From positions 2,624,001-2,688,000 of the forward strand of contig OY969724.1 of NCBI GenBank assembly GCA_963702205.1: a stretch of 64,000 bases of DNA, given 5' to 3'. Source of the DNA: an uncultured candidate division Zixibacteria bacterium. GTDB lineage: Bacteria; Zixibacteria; MSB-5A5; GN15; PGXB01. Numbering within the stretch: position 1 is the stretch's first letter; each line of letters starts with the position of its first letter. The position numbers and the translations under genes are program-made. Under the pieces are notes generated by a model, which worked only from the letters and a program-made list of their open reading frames with translations, did no database searches and was not told the DNA's origin. Of the stretch, positions 1 to 10,831 are shown piece by piece.

Positions 1-145
1 AATTGTCATTGTAATCGACTTCCGCCACGGAAACATTGAATTTACTTTGCAGGCGTGATATCAGGGGTTTAATAATATGCCGTTTTTCCTTCAATGAAGC
101 TACGCCCGGAAGCTTTAAATCAACCTCAACCGTCGCTATTACCAC
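1..145 (-). CDS. DUF503 (YlxP-like) protein, 5' part; runs off the window start
   Basis: Manual translation from GTG at 145: MVIATVEVDLKLPGVASLKEKRHIIKPLISRLQSKFNVSVAEVDYNDN. SLKEKR...FNVSVAEV is the family signature; usual position just downstream of infB. Confidence 0.85.
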   Translation of the reverse strand, partial: MVIATVEVDLKLPGVASLKEKRHIIKPLISRLQSKFNVSVAEVDYNDN

Positions 146-157
146 TTTTCACGTTCA

Positions 158-2440
158 CTAACTTAATTTGCGGGCCGTCTCAACCAGCCGGAAAACTTCA
201 ATTTTGTCGCCGACCTTAATGTCGTTGAAATTCTCGATACCCATTCCACATTCGAATCCGCTGGCGACCTCTTTGGCGTCATCCTTAAAGCGCTTCAAAG
301 AATTGAGCTTGCCGGTGTATATAATACGACCGTCGCGGACGACGTGGACACTGTCCGAGCGATGAATCATGCCTTCCTTGACAAAACACCCGGCCACTAC
401 CCCGACTTTCGGAACCCGGAAGATCTGGCGTACTTCGGCCACGCCGGCGTATTCTTCCTTTACCTCAGGGGAAAGCATACCTTCCAGAGCTTTGCGCACG
501 TCGCTCTCTACTTCATAAATAATGTTGTACTGCCTGATATCGACTTTTTCGCGCGCCGCCGTCTCCCGCGCACGGGATTCCACGGACGTATTGAAGCCGA
601 TGATGATGGCATCGGATGCCGCCGCGAGAAGCACGTCGGATTCGCTGACCGCACCGACGCCTTTATGTATCACGAGCGTCCGAACTTCATCGGTCGCGAT
701 TTTGCCCAGCGTATCGGCCAGCACTTCGGCCGAGCCGTCCACGTCGGCTTTTATCACCAGGCGCAGTTCTTTGACCTGGCCGTCCTTGATTTGTTCATAA
801 ATCTTTTCGAGGGTGGCGTGTCCGTATCCCCGACGAATTTCATGCTCCCTTTTCAACTGCATGCGTTTGCTGGCAATCTCGCGGGCTTCCTGATCGTCGC
901 TGACGACCATAAAACTGTCTCCGGCCTGCGGGACGCCGTTCAAACCTGTGACTCGTACCGGAATCGACGGTCCGGCTTCGGTCAGCTGCCTTTCGCCGCT
1001 GGAGAGCATGTTTCTAACGCGCCCGAAACAGGTTCCGGCAACGATCGGATCCCCGATACCTACCGTACCCCGTTGAATAATAACGGTACTTATGGGGCCG
1101 CGTCCCCTCTCCAGCTTGGCCTCGATAACCGTCCCCTGTCCGCGGATCGACGGGTCCGCCTGAAGATTTGACATTTCTGACTGCAGCAGGATCATTTCCA
1201 GCAGGCTGTCGACACCTTCTCCGGATTTGGCCGAAACCGGCACCATGACGATTTTTCCGCCCCAGTCCTCGGCCAGAAGATTGTGTTCACTGAGCTGCTG
1301 CTTGATCCGGTCGGGATTGGCCGTGGGTTTGTCGATTTTATTAATGGCCACGATAATCGGGACGTTGGCGGCGCGGGCATGGTCGATGGCCTCTACCGTC
1401 TGCGGCATAACGCCGTCATCGGCCGCCACCACGAGAACCACAAGATCGGTGATCTGGGCACCGCGAGCTCTCATCGCCGTAAAGGCTTCATGACCCGGGG
1501 TGTCGATAAACGTCACGTTGCCGCTGGACGACCGAACCTGATAGGCACCGATATGCTGCGTGATGGCTCCGGCCTCTTTGGCTACGACGTTGGTCTTGCG
1601 GATATAGTCGAGCAGTGAGGTCTTGCCGTGATCGACGTGCCCCATAACCGTCACCACCGGAGCACGTTGCTCGAGATTTTCTTCGACCTCTTCTTCGAGA
1701 GCTTCTTCGCCGACCTCTTCCTTGACAGTTACATTAAAGCCGCATTCGAGCGCCAGCGTTTCAATCGTATCCATATCGAGGCGCTGATTGATCGAGGCCA
1801 TCATTCCCAGCTTAAAGCAGGTCGCAATGAGTTCGGCCGGTTTTAAATCCATGGCCCGGGCAAGTTCGGCCACGGTCATGAATTCATTCACTTCAATGGT
1901 ATGTTCATCGACCTCGACATCCGGTCCGTCGTATCCGGGGCGCCTTTTAAACTTGCGTACTTTTTTCCCGCCGCCGCCCATGGTTGCCATCGTGGCCCGG
2001 AAACTTTTCACGACGGCCTTCTGATCGACTTTGCGCGCTTCGCGTTTTTTGCGACGGTCCTGCCGCCTGCGGGCACGATCCGATCTACTATGAGACGGAA
2101 CCAACTTCGGTTTGGGCGGCCTCTGCACGTTGTCCTGACGCGTTGGCTGTGAATCGATCTTTTTGGCTTCCGTCGGGGGGGAAGGTTGACCGCCTTTAGC
2201 AGGCTGCGGCCGGGGATGAACTTTGTGTCCCTGACGGCCTTTCTTCTTTTCTTCTATGTCTCTTTTGACGGCCGCCTTTTCGTCTTCGTACTTTTTCTTC
2301 AGGGCCGCTTCCATCTCGGGACTGGCAACCGACATATGCGATTTTAGGTCGAATTTCAATTCACGAAGGATCGTCACCAGGGCATTCGATGATAAATTAA
2401 ATTCTTTCGCCAGCTCATATATACGTTTCTTGTTTGCCAT
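158..2440 (-). CDS. infB: Translation initiation factor IF-2
   Basis: [20 protein letters not shown] and NKID GTPase motifs; N-terminal RIYELAKE; C-terminal SLKRFKDD...GFECG. Confidence 0.99.
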   Translation of the reverse strand: MANKKRIYELAKEFNLSSNALVTILRELKFDLKSHMSVASPEMEAALKKKYEDEKAAVKRDIEEKKKGRQGHKVHPRPQPAKGGQPSPPTEAKKIDSQPTRQDNVQRPPKPKLVPSHSRSDRARRRQDRRKKREARKVDQKAVVKSFRATMATMGGGGKKVRKFKRRPGYDGPDVEVDEHTIEVNEFMTVAELARAMDLKPAELIATCFKLGMMASINQRLDMDTIETLALECGFNVTVKEEVGEEALEEEVEENLEQRAPVVTVMGHVDHGKTSLLDYIRKTNVVAKEAGAITQHIGAYQVRSSSGNVTFIDTPGHEAFTAMRARGAQITDLVVLVVAADDGVMPQTVEAIDHARAANVPIIVAINKIDKPTANPDRIKQQLSEHNLLAEDWGGKIVMVPVSAKSGEGVDSLLEMILLQSEMSNLQADPSIRGQGTVIEAKLERGRGPISTVIIQRGTVGIGDPIVAGTCFGRVRNMLSSGERQLTEAGPSIPVRVTGLNGVPQAGDSFMVVSDDQEAREIASKRMQLKREHEIRRGYGHATLEKIYEQIKDGQVKELRLVIKADVDGSAEVLADTLGKIATDEVRTLVIHKGVGAVSESDVLLAAASDAIIIGFNTSVESRARETAAREKVDIRQYNIIYEVESDVRKALEGMLSPEVKEEYAGVAEVRQIFRVPKVGVVAGCFVKEGMIHRSDSVHVVRDGRIIYTGKLNSLKRFKDDAKEVASGFECGMGIENFNDIKVGDKIEVFRLVETARKLS

Positions 2441-2469
2441 TTAACTTACCTCCAAGCCCTCTATATAAA

Positions 2470-3897
2470 TTAAGAAATCTTCTCGTCTTCATTGACCGGT
2501 TCGGAATCCTCAAGATGATCGTCGGTCGTATCATCTTCGTCTTCGTCTTCATCGGCTTCGAATAAATCGTTGGCGTCGGGAGCGGTTTCCGCCGGAGCCT
2601 CCGCCTGCTCGGCTTCCAGCCGCGCCTTTTCTTCTTCACGTTTGGCGGTTACTTCCTCGATAAAGACTTCGGCCTTCTCGAGCAAAGTCTCAGCCGTCTT
2701 CTGGCCGATTCCTTCAATCTTTACCAACTGCTCCACCGGGGTTTTGACAAGCTTCTGCAGCGTATTTATTCCGGATTCCACCAGACGTTCTTCGGTTTTC
2801 GAACCGATACCCTCAAGATGTCCGACCGGGATCATTTCTTCGGCCTCACGGTGTTTCATCTCGTTGTATTCGGTTTCGCTCATAATATTTATCTTCCAGC
2901 CGGTCAGCTTCGAAGCCAGTCGGGCATTCTGCCCGGCCTTACCGATGGCCAGCGATAATTTATCGTCTTCGACCGCGACGGTCATGGCCTGTTCGTCGTC
3001 ATCGACTTCGATCTCAACCACTTTCGCCGGGGCCAGACTGCGCGTCACGAATACTTCCGGGTTGGCACTGTACGGTATAATATCTATTCGTTCATTGTTA
3101 AGTTCGCGCACGATGGTCTGCACCCGGACGCCTTTTATTCCCACGCAGGCACCGACCGGGTCGATTCGCTCATCGGCCGAATATACCGCCACTTTGGCCC
3201 TCTCCCCGGGCTCACGGGCGATAGCTTTGATCTCGATAACCTTCTCGAATATTTCCGGCACTTCGAGTTCGAACAGGCAGCGCACGAAAGTATCGCTAAC
3301 CCGTGACAAAATAACCTGCGGACCGCTGAACGATTTCTGCACGTCGAGGATCAGTGCTCTGATACGGTCGCCCTGGCGATACTTCTCACGAGGAATTTGC
3401 TCTTTGCCGGGCATGAACGCTTCGGCCTTGCCGAGATTCACGATAACATTGCCCTTGTCAACCTGTTGCACCGAGCCGGATACCAATTGTCCGACCCGGG
3501 ATATATATTCATCATAGACCTTTTCGCGTTCGGCCTCGCGTACTTTCTGAATGAGAACCTGCTTGGCCGTCAGTATGGCGTTGCGCCCGAATTCTTCATC
3601 GACTTCAAGGTAAATATCCATCTCGTCGCCCAATTCTGCCGTTTCGTCGAATTCACGAGCGTCATCGAGCTTTATCTCTGTCAGGCCGTCCGTAACTTCT
3701 TCCACGACTTTCTTCAGGGCGATCATGACGATTTCACCCGTTTTGCGGATGACTTTGAAACTCAAGTTGGTGGCCTCGGGATACCGCTTTTGGGCGGCCG
3801 CAAGGAGGCTTTCTTCGACCTTGGATATAACCGTGTCCAGATCGATATTCTTTTCCCGGGCGATCAAAGCCAACGCCTCTATAATATCATAGGCCAT
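2470..3897 (-). CDS. nusA: Transcription termination/antitermination factor NusA, with C-terminal HhH region and acidic tail
   Basis: S1 and KH domains (AREPGERAKVAV, DPVGACVG, LAIGKAGQNARLASKLTGWKI); rimP-nusA-infB order. Confidence 0.98.
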   Translation of the reverse strand: MAYDIIEALALIAREKNIDLDTVISKVEESLLAAAQKRYPEATNLSFKVIRKTGEIVMIALKKVVEEVTDGLTEIKLDDAREFDETAELGDEMDIYLEVDEEFGRNAILTAKQVLIQKVREAEREKVYDEYISRVGQLVSGSVQQVDKGNVIVNLGKAEAFMPGKEQIPREKYRQGDRIRALILDVQKSFSGPQVILSRVSDTFVRCLFELEVPEIFEKVIEIKAIAREPGERAKVAVYSADERIDPVGACVGIKGVRVQTIVRELNNERIDIIPYSANPEVFVTRSLAPAKVVEIEVDDDEQAMTVAVEDDKLSLAIGKAGQNARLASKLTGWKINIMSETEYNEMKHREAEEMIPVGHLEGIGSKTEERLVESGINTLQKLVKTPVEQLVKIEGIGQKTAETLLEKAEVFIEEVTAKREEEKARLEAEQAEAPAETAPDANDLFEADEDEDEDDTTDDHLEDSEPVNEDEKIS

Positions 3898-3912
3898 TTA
3901 ATCTATTCTCCG

Positions 3913-4359
3913 TTAAATGACAATTTTTCCCTGTTTAATTGCAGCCAAAGGCAGTTTGACAACCTCATCGTCTATTCGTAAGCCGATGCTGCTATCATCC
4001 GTCTCAACCAAAATTCCCGTCTTATCGGGCTCATCGTTATTGAACAGCACGACTATTTTATCACCGATCCTGCGGGCAAAATCGCGCGCGCTTACCAGAG
4101 GCCGATCCAGCCCCGGCGACGATATTTCGACGACATACGGCCCGCTGAAGACGTTCTCACTTTCCAGAACCGGTTCAATCAGTCGTGACAAGTGAGCACA
4201 ATCATCGATCGTGATTCCCTCTTTGGAATACGCGTACAGTTGAAGGCGACTGGTTTGCTTGAAACGTCCCAGTTTCACTTCCACCAGTTCAAAACCTTCG
4301 CGATCGAAAATCGGCTCGATCAATTTCTCTATATCCTTTTTATCAGTCAAGGTTTTCAC
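3913..4359 (-). CDS. rimP: Ribosome maturation factor RimP
   Basis: GITIDDC...VEISSPGLDRPL motif; upstream of nusA. Confidence 0.96.
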   Translation of the reverse strand: MKTLTDKKDIEKLIEPIFDREGFELVEVKLGRFKQTSRLQLYAYSKEGITIDDCAHLSRLIEPVLESENVFSGPYVVEISSPGLDRPLVSARDFARRIGDKIVVLFNNDEPDKTGILVETDDSSIGLRIDDEVVKLPLAAIKQGKIVI

Positions 4360-4660
4360 CCAAAATAATAAACACCCCAGTGGGGTAACCCGTTAAGATA
4401 ATAATTCTCAATTTTTTAGCAACTTTTTTATAACCTAAAGGACCAATAATTTGATTGGCTCCTGATGTCGTTAGAGGTCTCAAAATAACTTAAAATACGC
4501 TTTCACTTCCATTTTTTGTCCGGTCGTTTCAGCCTGCAAATTCCACGGATGGCATACTCCACCCTTTTTGTCAATGTAAGCCCTTCAAACTTGCCGTGAA
4601 TTCTAAAGATCACAAAGAGTTGCGAAAATGTCAAACAAAAATGACAGAATCCTCTGAGGT

Positions 4661-5233
4661 CTAAGAAATTTGTTCGCGGGTCACCTTGGTCGTTTCCGGC
4701 TTCATATGGACGGCCTGGCCGTCCTTGCGAGTGATATAGCCGGGTGTGCCGACGACCGTGCAGTTGTCCGGAATATCGACCATATACAGAAAAGTATTGG
4801 CTCCGACCTTGACACTACTGCCTATCGTAAGCGGGCCGAGTATAATCGCCCCCGTGCCGATTATGACATTATCGCCCAAAGTCGGGTGGCGTTTGCCCTT
4901 GTGCCGCCCGGTGCCGCCGAGCGTGACATTATGAAAAATCGTGCAGTTATTGCCGATCTGAGCCGTTTCACCGACCACGATCCCGGCGCCGTGGTCAATA
5001 AAGAACCCGTGGCCGATTTGCGCCCCCGGGTGGATCTCCACGCCCGTTAAAAAGCGTGAAATCTGCGAGATCAGACGCGGAATAAAAGGCAGGCCGACGC
5101 TGTAAAGAGGGTGCACGAACCGGTGGATCAAAATCGCATGAAAGCCCGGATATAGCACAAATTCTATATTTTTAGCGGCCGGGTCGTTGCGAAAGATCGC
5201 GCGGATATCTTCTATAATAGTGTTAAAAATCAT
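4661..5233 (-). CDS. cysE: Serine O-acetyltransferase
   Basis: DPAA, YPGFHA, TGVEIHPGAQIG, FIDHG, VTLGGTG...KRHPTLG. Confidence 0.95.
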   Translation of the reverse strand: MIFNTIIEDIRAIFRNDPAAKNIEFVLYPGFHAILIHRFVHPLYSVGLPFIPRLISQISRFLTGVEIHPGAQIGHGFFIDHGAGIVVGETAQIGNNCTIFHNVTLGGTGRHKGKRHPTLGDNVIIGTGAIILGPLTIGSSVKVGANTFLYMVDIPDNCTVVGTPGYITRKDGQAVHMKPETTKVTREQIS

Positions 5234-5277
5234 GTTTATATAGATACGTATCGGCTGAATATTCGTGAGGGTTTATA

Positions 5278-7710
5278 TCACTTGCCGAAAAGATTTTTAA
5301 GGGCGTCGGTGACGTTCTGCTGAAGGTTGCCCTTGGCGTCGGACCCGGCCAGATTCAGGCCTATTTTCGGATTGGAATAGGTGCCGCCGAGAGTTAATGG
5401 CAGCCTGATTCGCCCGGTTTTGCTGTCTTTTAATAGACCGGCGACGGCTCCGAATTTTGACATGGCCTGATCGGTCATATCATCGGTCAGCAAAATTGTG
5501 CCTTTATAGTCGAGGCTGCCGTCGAATCCGACCGACCCGGTGACGTCCCAATCGCCGAACTTGGAGACGAATTTGGTGGCGTCAAATTCCACTCGGCCAT
5601 CGGCCACATGAAAAGTCGAGGCGAAATCCCTGAGTTTTTCTTCGTCCATTTTTTTAAGATTCACCTGTTCGGCCAGCTTGTTGAACAAGTCGAAACCGAC
5701 CAGACGGGCTTCTTTGAAGACGGCGTCGCCGTCCATAGTGAGAGAATTGACTATCTGCATCGGCTCCAGTCCTGATGCCTGGAAATCACCTTTCACGTTC
5801 ATCTTGCCGAAAAGATGCCCCCCGAAACCGGTAAAGCGGGCGAGGAAGTCATCGGCTTCGATCTGTTTGGCATCGAACTGACCGTTGTAAACGGGATTAT
5901 TCAGATCGATCAAATTGACCGAAGCTTGGCCCGTGACTTTGCCGGTGTAGACGTCACCTTTGACATTGTCGGCATATAAGATTCTCTCTTTGATCGTCAT
6001 ATCGGTGCTGATCGACGTGAATTCGACTTGGGTGTATATCAAAGTATCGACCTGGCCGGTTCCTTTTCCATCGACCGCCGGAATCGGCAGCGGCGGCAGC
6101 GAGTCAATCGGGACCTGCGACAGATTCGCTCCGGCGCCGGGTGCGGCTTCGGGGAAAAGTTTGTCAACGTCGAATCGATTCGATCGAGCCGTGAAAGTCA
6201 GGTACGGCTGCCTGGCAACGCCTTCATATCCCGGAATAAAATACGGAAACGGATTGGAAAGCGTACCGGTCAGCGAAATGTCAGACGACACGAATTTAAC
6301 GTCAAATTTCCTGATATCAATCCTGTCCGGCGAAATCGTAAGGTCGGCATCGAAATTTTCAATCGGTTCGGGGAGGACGTCGGCCGCGTATTTGACCCCG
6401 CTGATTTTAATATATCCGGAAATGGCCAGTTTATCTTTATGTTCTATCGGCCCGGATATATTAAGTTCATATTCAGCTTTGCCGGAAAGTTTTGGTTTAG
6501 GTTCGGTCGAAATGAACTTGATCAGACTCGTCAGATCGACGGTACCCTTGAGATTCGCTTTTATGGATGGATTATCGAGATTCTCGATCGTGATAAGCCC
6601 GGCCAGTGGATTGTTCTCGAAACTCCCCTGCTTTATTTCCAGACCTATCTTGTTGGTTTCAAAGGCGACCGAGCCGTCGGCGATACTTAAATTTCCAGGC
6701 TCGCTTTTTCGTTCCAGCGTAAGATCTTTTATAGTGGCCTTACCGTCGTACGACAGCGACTTTTCGGCCTTGCCGTTGTACTTGATTGAGGCGTCGATCG
6801 AAATCCCGCCGTCGATATTGAAGTCTGCAACCAGGCTCTTTTCATTTTCCGGTACGAGAGCAAGACAACCCGACAGCGGAAGAACGTCGGATTTTATCTG
6901 CGTGTTTATGAAAGCCATCGTTTTAAGATTCGGGATACCGAGACTGATATTGAAATTGAGATCGTTAAGCCTCACGTCGGTCATTTTGACGACAGCCTGG
7001 CCGCCATTAAGGTCGGCGGTGGCATCAAAATCGAGCGCCAGAGAAAAATCCGGGATAACCATTGCACCATAACTAACATCGCAGCTTTCTACCTTAAGAT
7101 CACCCTTTGATTTATAGACAAGGTCTTTGGTAGCATTAAGGCTTGAAGACAGTTCGACACCGTCGAGCGCCAAAATAATATTGGACGAATCATCGGAGTA
7201 CATGATACGGCCATCGTGAATGGTCAAGTTGTCGAAGGTTACAAGCGCGCCGGCAGCCTTAGGTGCGTTTTCCGGCAACTTTTCTCTCACTTCCGGCGGC
7301 ATCAGTGTATCGGCGCTTTTGAATTCATAGTTGACCGTACCGTCTTTGTGCTTACTGGCCGTAATTTCCGGCTTATTCAGCACGAGGCGGTCGATCATAA
7401 TCTGTTTTTTCAAGAGCGGCCAGAAACGGACCTTGACATCCAGATTTTCGGCGGTCAGTAAATACTTCTCCTTGAATCCGGGTGTGTTGGCGATTCTGAG
7501 GTTTTCGAGCTTCAGCCCGATTCCGCCGGAAAAAGAAACCGAGACACCATCGATATCGATTTTGCAATTCAGGCTGGACGATAATTTCCCCAGCGCCATT
7601 TCTTTGACTTTTTCTTTGGGGAAGAAAAAGTACAGTCCGACCCCGGCCAGGATAATCACGACAAGTCCGATCCCGACTATCCAGGCCAAAAACTTTATGA
7701 GCCTTTTCAT
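5278..7710 (-). CDS. AsmA-family protein
   Basis: N-terminal TM anchor; LKLENLRIAN...LWPLL...IDRLVL pattern; beta-rich body; C-terminal GSVGFDGSLDY...LPLTLGGTYSNPKI. Confidence 0.85.
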   Translation of the reverse strand: MKRLIKFLAWIVGIGLVVIILAGVGLYFFFPKEKVKEMALGKLSSSLNCKIDIDGVSVSFSGGIGLKLENLRIANTPGFKEKYLLTAENLDVKVRFWPLLKKQIMIDRLVLNKPEITASKHKDGTVNYEFKSADTLMPPEVREKLPENAPKAAGALVTFDNLTIHDGRIMYSDDSSNIILALDGVELSSSLNATKDLVYKSKGDLKVESCDVSYGAMVIPDFSLALDFDATADLNGGQAVVKMTDVRLNDLNFNISLGIPNLKTMAFINTQIKSDVLPLSGCLALVPENEKSLVADFNIDGGISIDASIKYNGKAEKSLSYDGKATIKDLTLERKSEPGNLSIADGSVAFETNKIGLEIKQGSFENNPLAGLITIENLDNPSIKANLKGTVDLTSLIKFISTEPKPKLSGKAEYELNISGPIEHKDKLAISGYIKISGVKYAADVLPEPIENFDADLTISPDRIDIRKFDVKFVSSDISLTGTLSNPFPYFIPGYEGVARQPYLTFTARSNRFDVDKLFPEAAPGAGANLSQVPIDSLPPLPIPAVDGKGTGQVDTLIYTQVEFTSISTDMTIKERILYADNVKGDVYTGKVTGQASVNLIDLNNPVYNGQFDAKQIEADDFLARFTGFGGHLFGKMNVKGDFQASGLEPMQIVNSLTMDGDAVFKEARLVGFDLFNKLAEQVNLKKMDEEKLRDFASTFHVADGRVEFDATKFVSKFGDWDVTGSVGFDGSLDYKGTILLTDDMTDQAMSKFGAVAGLLKDSKTGRIRLPLTLGGTYSNPKIGLNLAGSDAKGNLQQNVTDALKNLFGK

Positions 7711-7731
7711 AGACCTTGTTTCCCTTCGCTA

Positions 7732-8412
7732 TCAGGCTTCAATCGATTGACCGGGTTCGACAATAACGGCCTCGGTGCCGGAACCTTTGACTTTGTTTAC
7801 GAAATCGACGGGTTCGACGTCGATTACGGGCCACGTCTTATAGTGAATCGGCACGACTTTCCTGGGGTGCAAAAATTCCACGGCCTTGACGGCATCGGTA
7901 ATACCCATCGTGAAATTGTCCCCTATTGGCAGAAAGGCGAGGTCGATTTTGTTCATGTCACCGATCAATTTCATATCATAGAACAATGATGTGTCACCGG
8001 AATGATACATCGTCTTCCCGCCCATCGTAACCAGAAATCCGCATGGATTTCCGGTATAGACAAGTCCATCCTCGGCCGCCGACCCGTGGTGAGCGATAGT
8101 CAGCTTAACCCGTCCGAACGGGAAATCATGGGCTCCCCCGATATGCATGTTGTGCGCTTCGGCTCCTTTTTGAGACACATAGACAGCCAGTTCATTGGGT
8201 GCAATAATTATCGCTTTGTTCGCTTTTGCGATCGGAATGGAATCGCCCAGGTGGTCGCTGTGGCCGTGGGTAAGTAATATAAAATCGACTTTTACATCCT
8301 CGGGCTTTATCGTCGCCTGCGGGTTGCCGGTGAGGAACGGGTCGATGATGATGTTATATTTGCCGTCGGTCGCCATGACACAACTGTGTCCGAGAAATGT
8401 CGCTTTAAGCAT
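7732..8412 (-). CDS. Metal-dependent hydrolase (UPF0173, metallo-beta-lactamase fold)
   Basis: FLGHS, IDPFLTGNP, THGHSDH, YHSGDT, LPIGDNFTM, PIHY. Confidence 0.93.
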   Translation of the reverse strand: MLKATFLGHSCVMATDGKYNIIIDPFLTGNPQATIKPEDVKVDFILLTHGHSDHLGDSIPIAKANKAIIIAPNELAVYVSQKGAEAHNMHIGGAHDFPFGRVKLTIAHHGSAAEDGLVYTGNPCGFLVTMGGKTMYHSGDTSLFYDMKLIGDMNKIDLAFLPIGDNFTMGITDAVKAVEFLHPRKVVPIHYKTWPVIDVEPVDFVNKVKGSGTEAVIVEPGQSIEA

Positions 8413-8464
8413 ATCTTACTCCTTGGGTTTTTATGTACCGATTATACAACCGGCGAGGCGGCGA

Positions 8465-9577
8465 TCAATTAATTTTTTCGAGGGAGATAAACCCGCCGCC
8501 GAGGACGGTGTCGCCGTCGTAAAAGACGGCCGATTGTCCGGGCGTAATGGCACGGGCGGGTCGCTGAAAAATGATACGGGCGGTATTGTTGTCGTGCGGC
8601 TCAACTCGGGCTGGAGCGGCGGTGTGCAAATAGCGGATTTTTATTTGGGCGTCAAACGGTTGGGTCGGATTATTCAGAAAGATCCAGTTAATGCCCGACA
8701 CCCAAAACTCGGTTTGGAGCAGGTTATCATTATCTCCTACGACAATGTCATTGGTCTGCGCATCGAGCTTTGTAACATATAACGGGGTTGGATTGGATAT
8801 ACCAAGCCCCTTGCGCTGGCCTATAGTGTAAAAGGCGACGCCATCGTGTTGATTCAGGACTTTACCCGTGCCGTCGACAATATTACCTTTATCGAAAGCG
8901 TGTCCGCGCTTCGATTCCCACTCCTTTAAAAAGCGCCGGTAGTTGTCGTCGGCGACAAAACAGATTTCCCGGGATTCGGCTTTGTGGGCACTTTTCAAAC
9001 CATAGTCGATTGCCTTGGTACGAACTTCGGCTTTGGTGTATTTTCCCAAAGGAAACAAGGTGTGAGCGAGCGCATCCTGAGACAGGCCCCAGAGGGCGTA
9101 GGACTGATCGCGCGTATTGTCAATCCCGCGCTTTATCTTATATCTGTCCGTGGTGGCATCAAATTCAATTTGCGCATAATGTCCGGTGGCTATATAATCA
9201 CAGCCGACTTCCCGAGCCTTCTGCAGAAAATTCGACCATTTCAGATGCGTATTACACAGCACACAGGGATTGGGCGTCCGGCCTTTTTTATATTCCGACA
9301 CGAAATTGTCTATCACGACGTCTTTGAACTGCGACGAGAAATTGAGGACATAAAACGGCACGCCTATCGAAGCGCAAATCTGGTGCAGGTCGTTGATATC
9401 TTCGAGCGAACAGCAACGTCCGTCGCGATGCACGTCGCCGCCGACTTCCGAAAAATCCCAGAGCTTCATGTGGGCCGCGGCGACCTCGTGACCTTCATCG
9501 AGAAGGAGCTTCATCGCGGTCGTGGAGTCGACCCCGCCCGAAACGGCGACCAGTATTTTTTTCTTCTTATCAATCAT
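8465..9577 (-). CDS. mnmA: tRNA 2-thiouridine(34) synthase
   Basis: VAVSGGVDS, GRTPNPCVLCN, ATGHY, DQSYAL, TIGQRKGLG, ITPGQSAVFY. Start placed at ATG 9577; the longer ORF call runs through a hairpin. Confidence 0.97.
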   Translation of the reverse strand: MIDKKKKILVAVSGGVDSTTAMKLLLDEGHEVAAAHMKLWDFSEVGGDVHRDGRCCSLEDINDLHQICASIGVPFYVLNFSSQFKDVVIDNFVSEYKKGRTPNPCVLCNTHLKWSNFLQKAREVGCDYIATGHYAQIEFDATTDRYKIKRGIDNTRDQSYALWGLSQDALAHTLFPLGKYTKAEVRTKAIDYGLKSAHKAESREICFVADDNYRRFLKEWESKRGHAFDKGNIVDGTGKVLNQHDGVAFYTIGQRKGLGISNPTPLYVTKLDAQTNDIVVGDNDNLLQTEFWVSGINWIFLNNPTQPFDAQIKIRYLHTAAPARVEPHDNNTARIIFQRPARAITPGQSAVFYDGDTVLGGGFISLEKIN

Positions 9578-9604
9578 AAAAAAAGGGCCGGAAAAACCGA
9601 CCCT
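9578..9604 (-). terminator. Intrinsic-terminator-like hairpin between nifS and mnmA
   Basis: Minus strand AGGGUCGG-UUUUU-CCGGCCCU followed by a U run ending at the mnmA ATG. Confidence 0.55.
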
Positions 9605-9625
9605 TCGATTTTTCCCGGACAATTC

Positions 9626-10798
9626 CTATTTTTTCGCTTGTGCGTACAACGGCGACATGGCTCGCAGTCTCTCGACGATTTCGGGAAGAACGTCGATCGT
9701 GTACTGCAGGTCCGCTTTGGTCGTGAAGCGCCCCAGCGAAAATCGAATCGAACCCTGGGCCAGTTCCACGGGAACCGACATGGCCGTCAGGACGTGCGAG
9801 GCTTCGAGCGAACCCGACGTGCAGGCCGAGCCCGAGGCCACCCCGATACCTTTCATATCGAGCGAGAGAATGATCGATTCACCCTCGATGTATTCGAACG
9901 ACAGGTTCACTGTTGACGGGACTCGTTTCTGATCGCGCGGGCCGTTGAGATAAACGTTGGGCACTTTGGCCGTGACACCCTCAATGAAGAAATCGGCCAG
10001 TTCGGTCAGGCGTTCGTGCTCGCTTTCGCGCAGGCTTTCGGCGAGTTCGAGAGCGCTGGCCAGACCGACTATACCGGCGACGTTTTCCGTGCCGGGACGT
10101 CTCCCCTTCTCGTGATGTCCCCCGTGGGCCAATGGCGTGATCTTGACACCTTTGCGTATATAAAGAACGCCGACGCCTTTGGGACCGTAAAATTTATGGG
10201 CCGACATAGCCAGCATATCGACGTCGAGCTCTTTGATGTCGACTTTTATCTTCCCTATCGCCTGTACGGCATCGGTATGAAAAAGAGCCCCTTTATCGTG
10301 GGCGACGTCAGATAATTTTCTTATATCCTGTATGGTGCCGACTTCGTTGTTGGCCATCATGATCGAAACCAGCGAGGTCGATTCCGAAACTTTTTCGGCG
10401 AGGTCATCGGCGGGAATGACACCTTCTTCATCCGTGCCCAGAATTTCAATCCGGGAACCTTCCTTGCCGAGGAATTTGACCGTCTCCAATACGGCGTGAT
10501 GTTCGACGGCCGACGTTATTATATGATCGCGCTTTTTGCGTAGATGATGAGCCGCGCCGCCGACGGCGATATTATCCGACTCGGTCCCGCCGGATGTGAA
10601 GTATATTTCCGAAGGTTCCGCTCCGATAATTTCGGCGACTTTTTCACGGGACTGTTCGAGGGCCGTTTTGGCATCGCGCCCGAACTGATGCACTGAACTG
10701 GCGTTGCCGTACTTTTCTTTCAAATATGGCAGCATCGCCTCAAGCACTCTCTCATCGAGAGGGGTCGTGGCGTTGTAATCGAGGTATATCTGTTTCAC
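9626..10798 (-). CDS. nifS: Cysteine desulfurase (NifS/IscS class)
   Basis: YLDYNATTP, GNASS, FTSGGTESDN, HTDAVQ, SAHKFYGPKG (PLP lysine), SGSACTS (catalytic Cys). Confidence 0.96.
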   Translation of the reverse strand: MKQIYLDYNATTPLDERVLEAMLPYLKEKYGNASSVHQFGRDAKTALEQSREKVAEIIGAEPSEIYFTSGGTESDNIAVGGAAHHLRKKRDHIITSAVEHHAVLETVKFLGKEGSRIEILGTDEEGVIPADDLAEKVSESTSLVSIMMANNEVGTIQDIRKLSDVAHDKGALFHTDAVQAIGKIKVDIKELDVDMLAMSAHKFYGPKGVGVLYIRKGVKITPLAHGGHHEKGRRPGTENVAGIVGLASALELAESLRESEHERLTELADFFIEGVTAKVPNVYLNGPRDQKRVPSTVNLSFEYIEGESIILSLDMKGIGVASGSACTSGSLEASHVLTAMSVPVELAQGSIRFSLGRFTTKADLQYTIDVLPEIVERLRAMSPLYAQAKK

Positions 10799-10831
10799 TG
10801 CGTTCTATCCTTTTAAAATATATAACGACCT

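Noticed and set aside
5960..7072. 370-aa plus-strand ORF and similar long antisense ORFs (e.g. 344-1171, 2570-3517, 8984-9916, 45909-46808, 49545-50339)
   Set aside because: Shadows of well-supported genes on the opposite strand, with no motifs
7720..7740. UGA read-through of other genes (hydrolase, ccdA, asmA, yjbQ, rplU, uvrB)
   Set aside because: These proteins are complete at the UGA, which is followed by another stop, a short featureless stretch or the next gene
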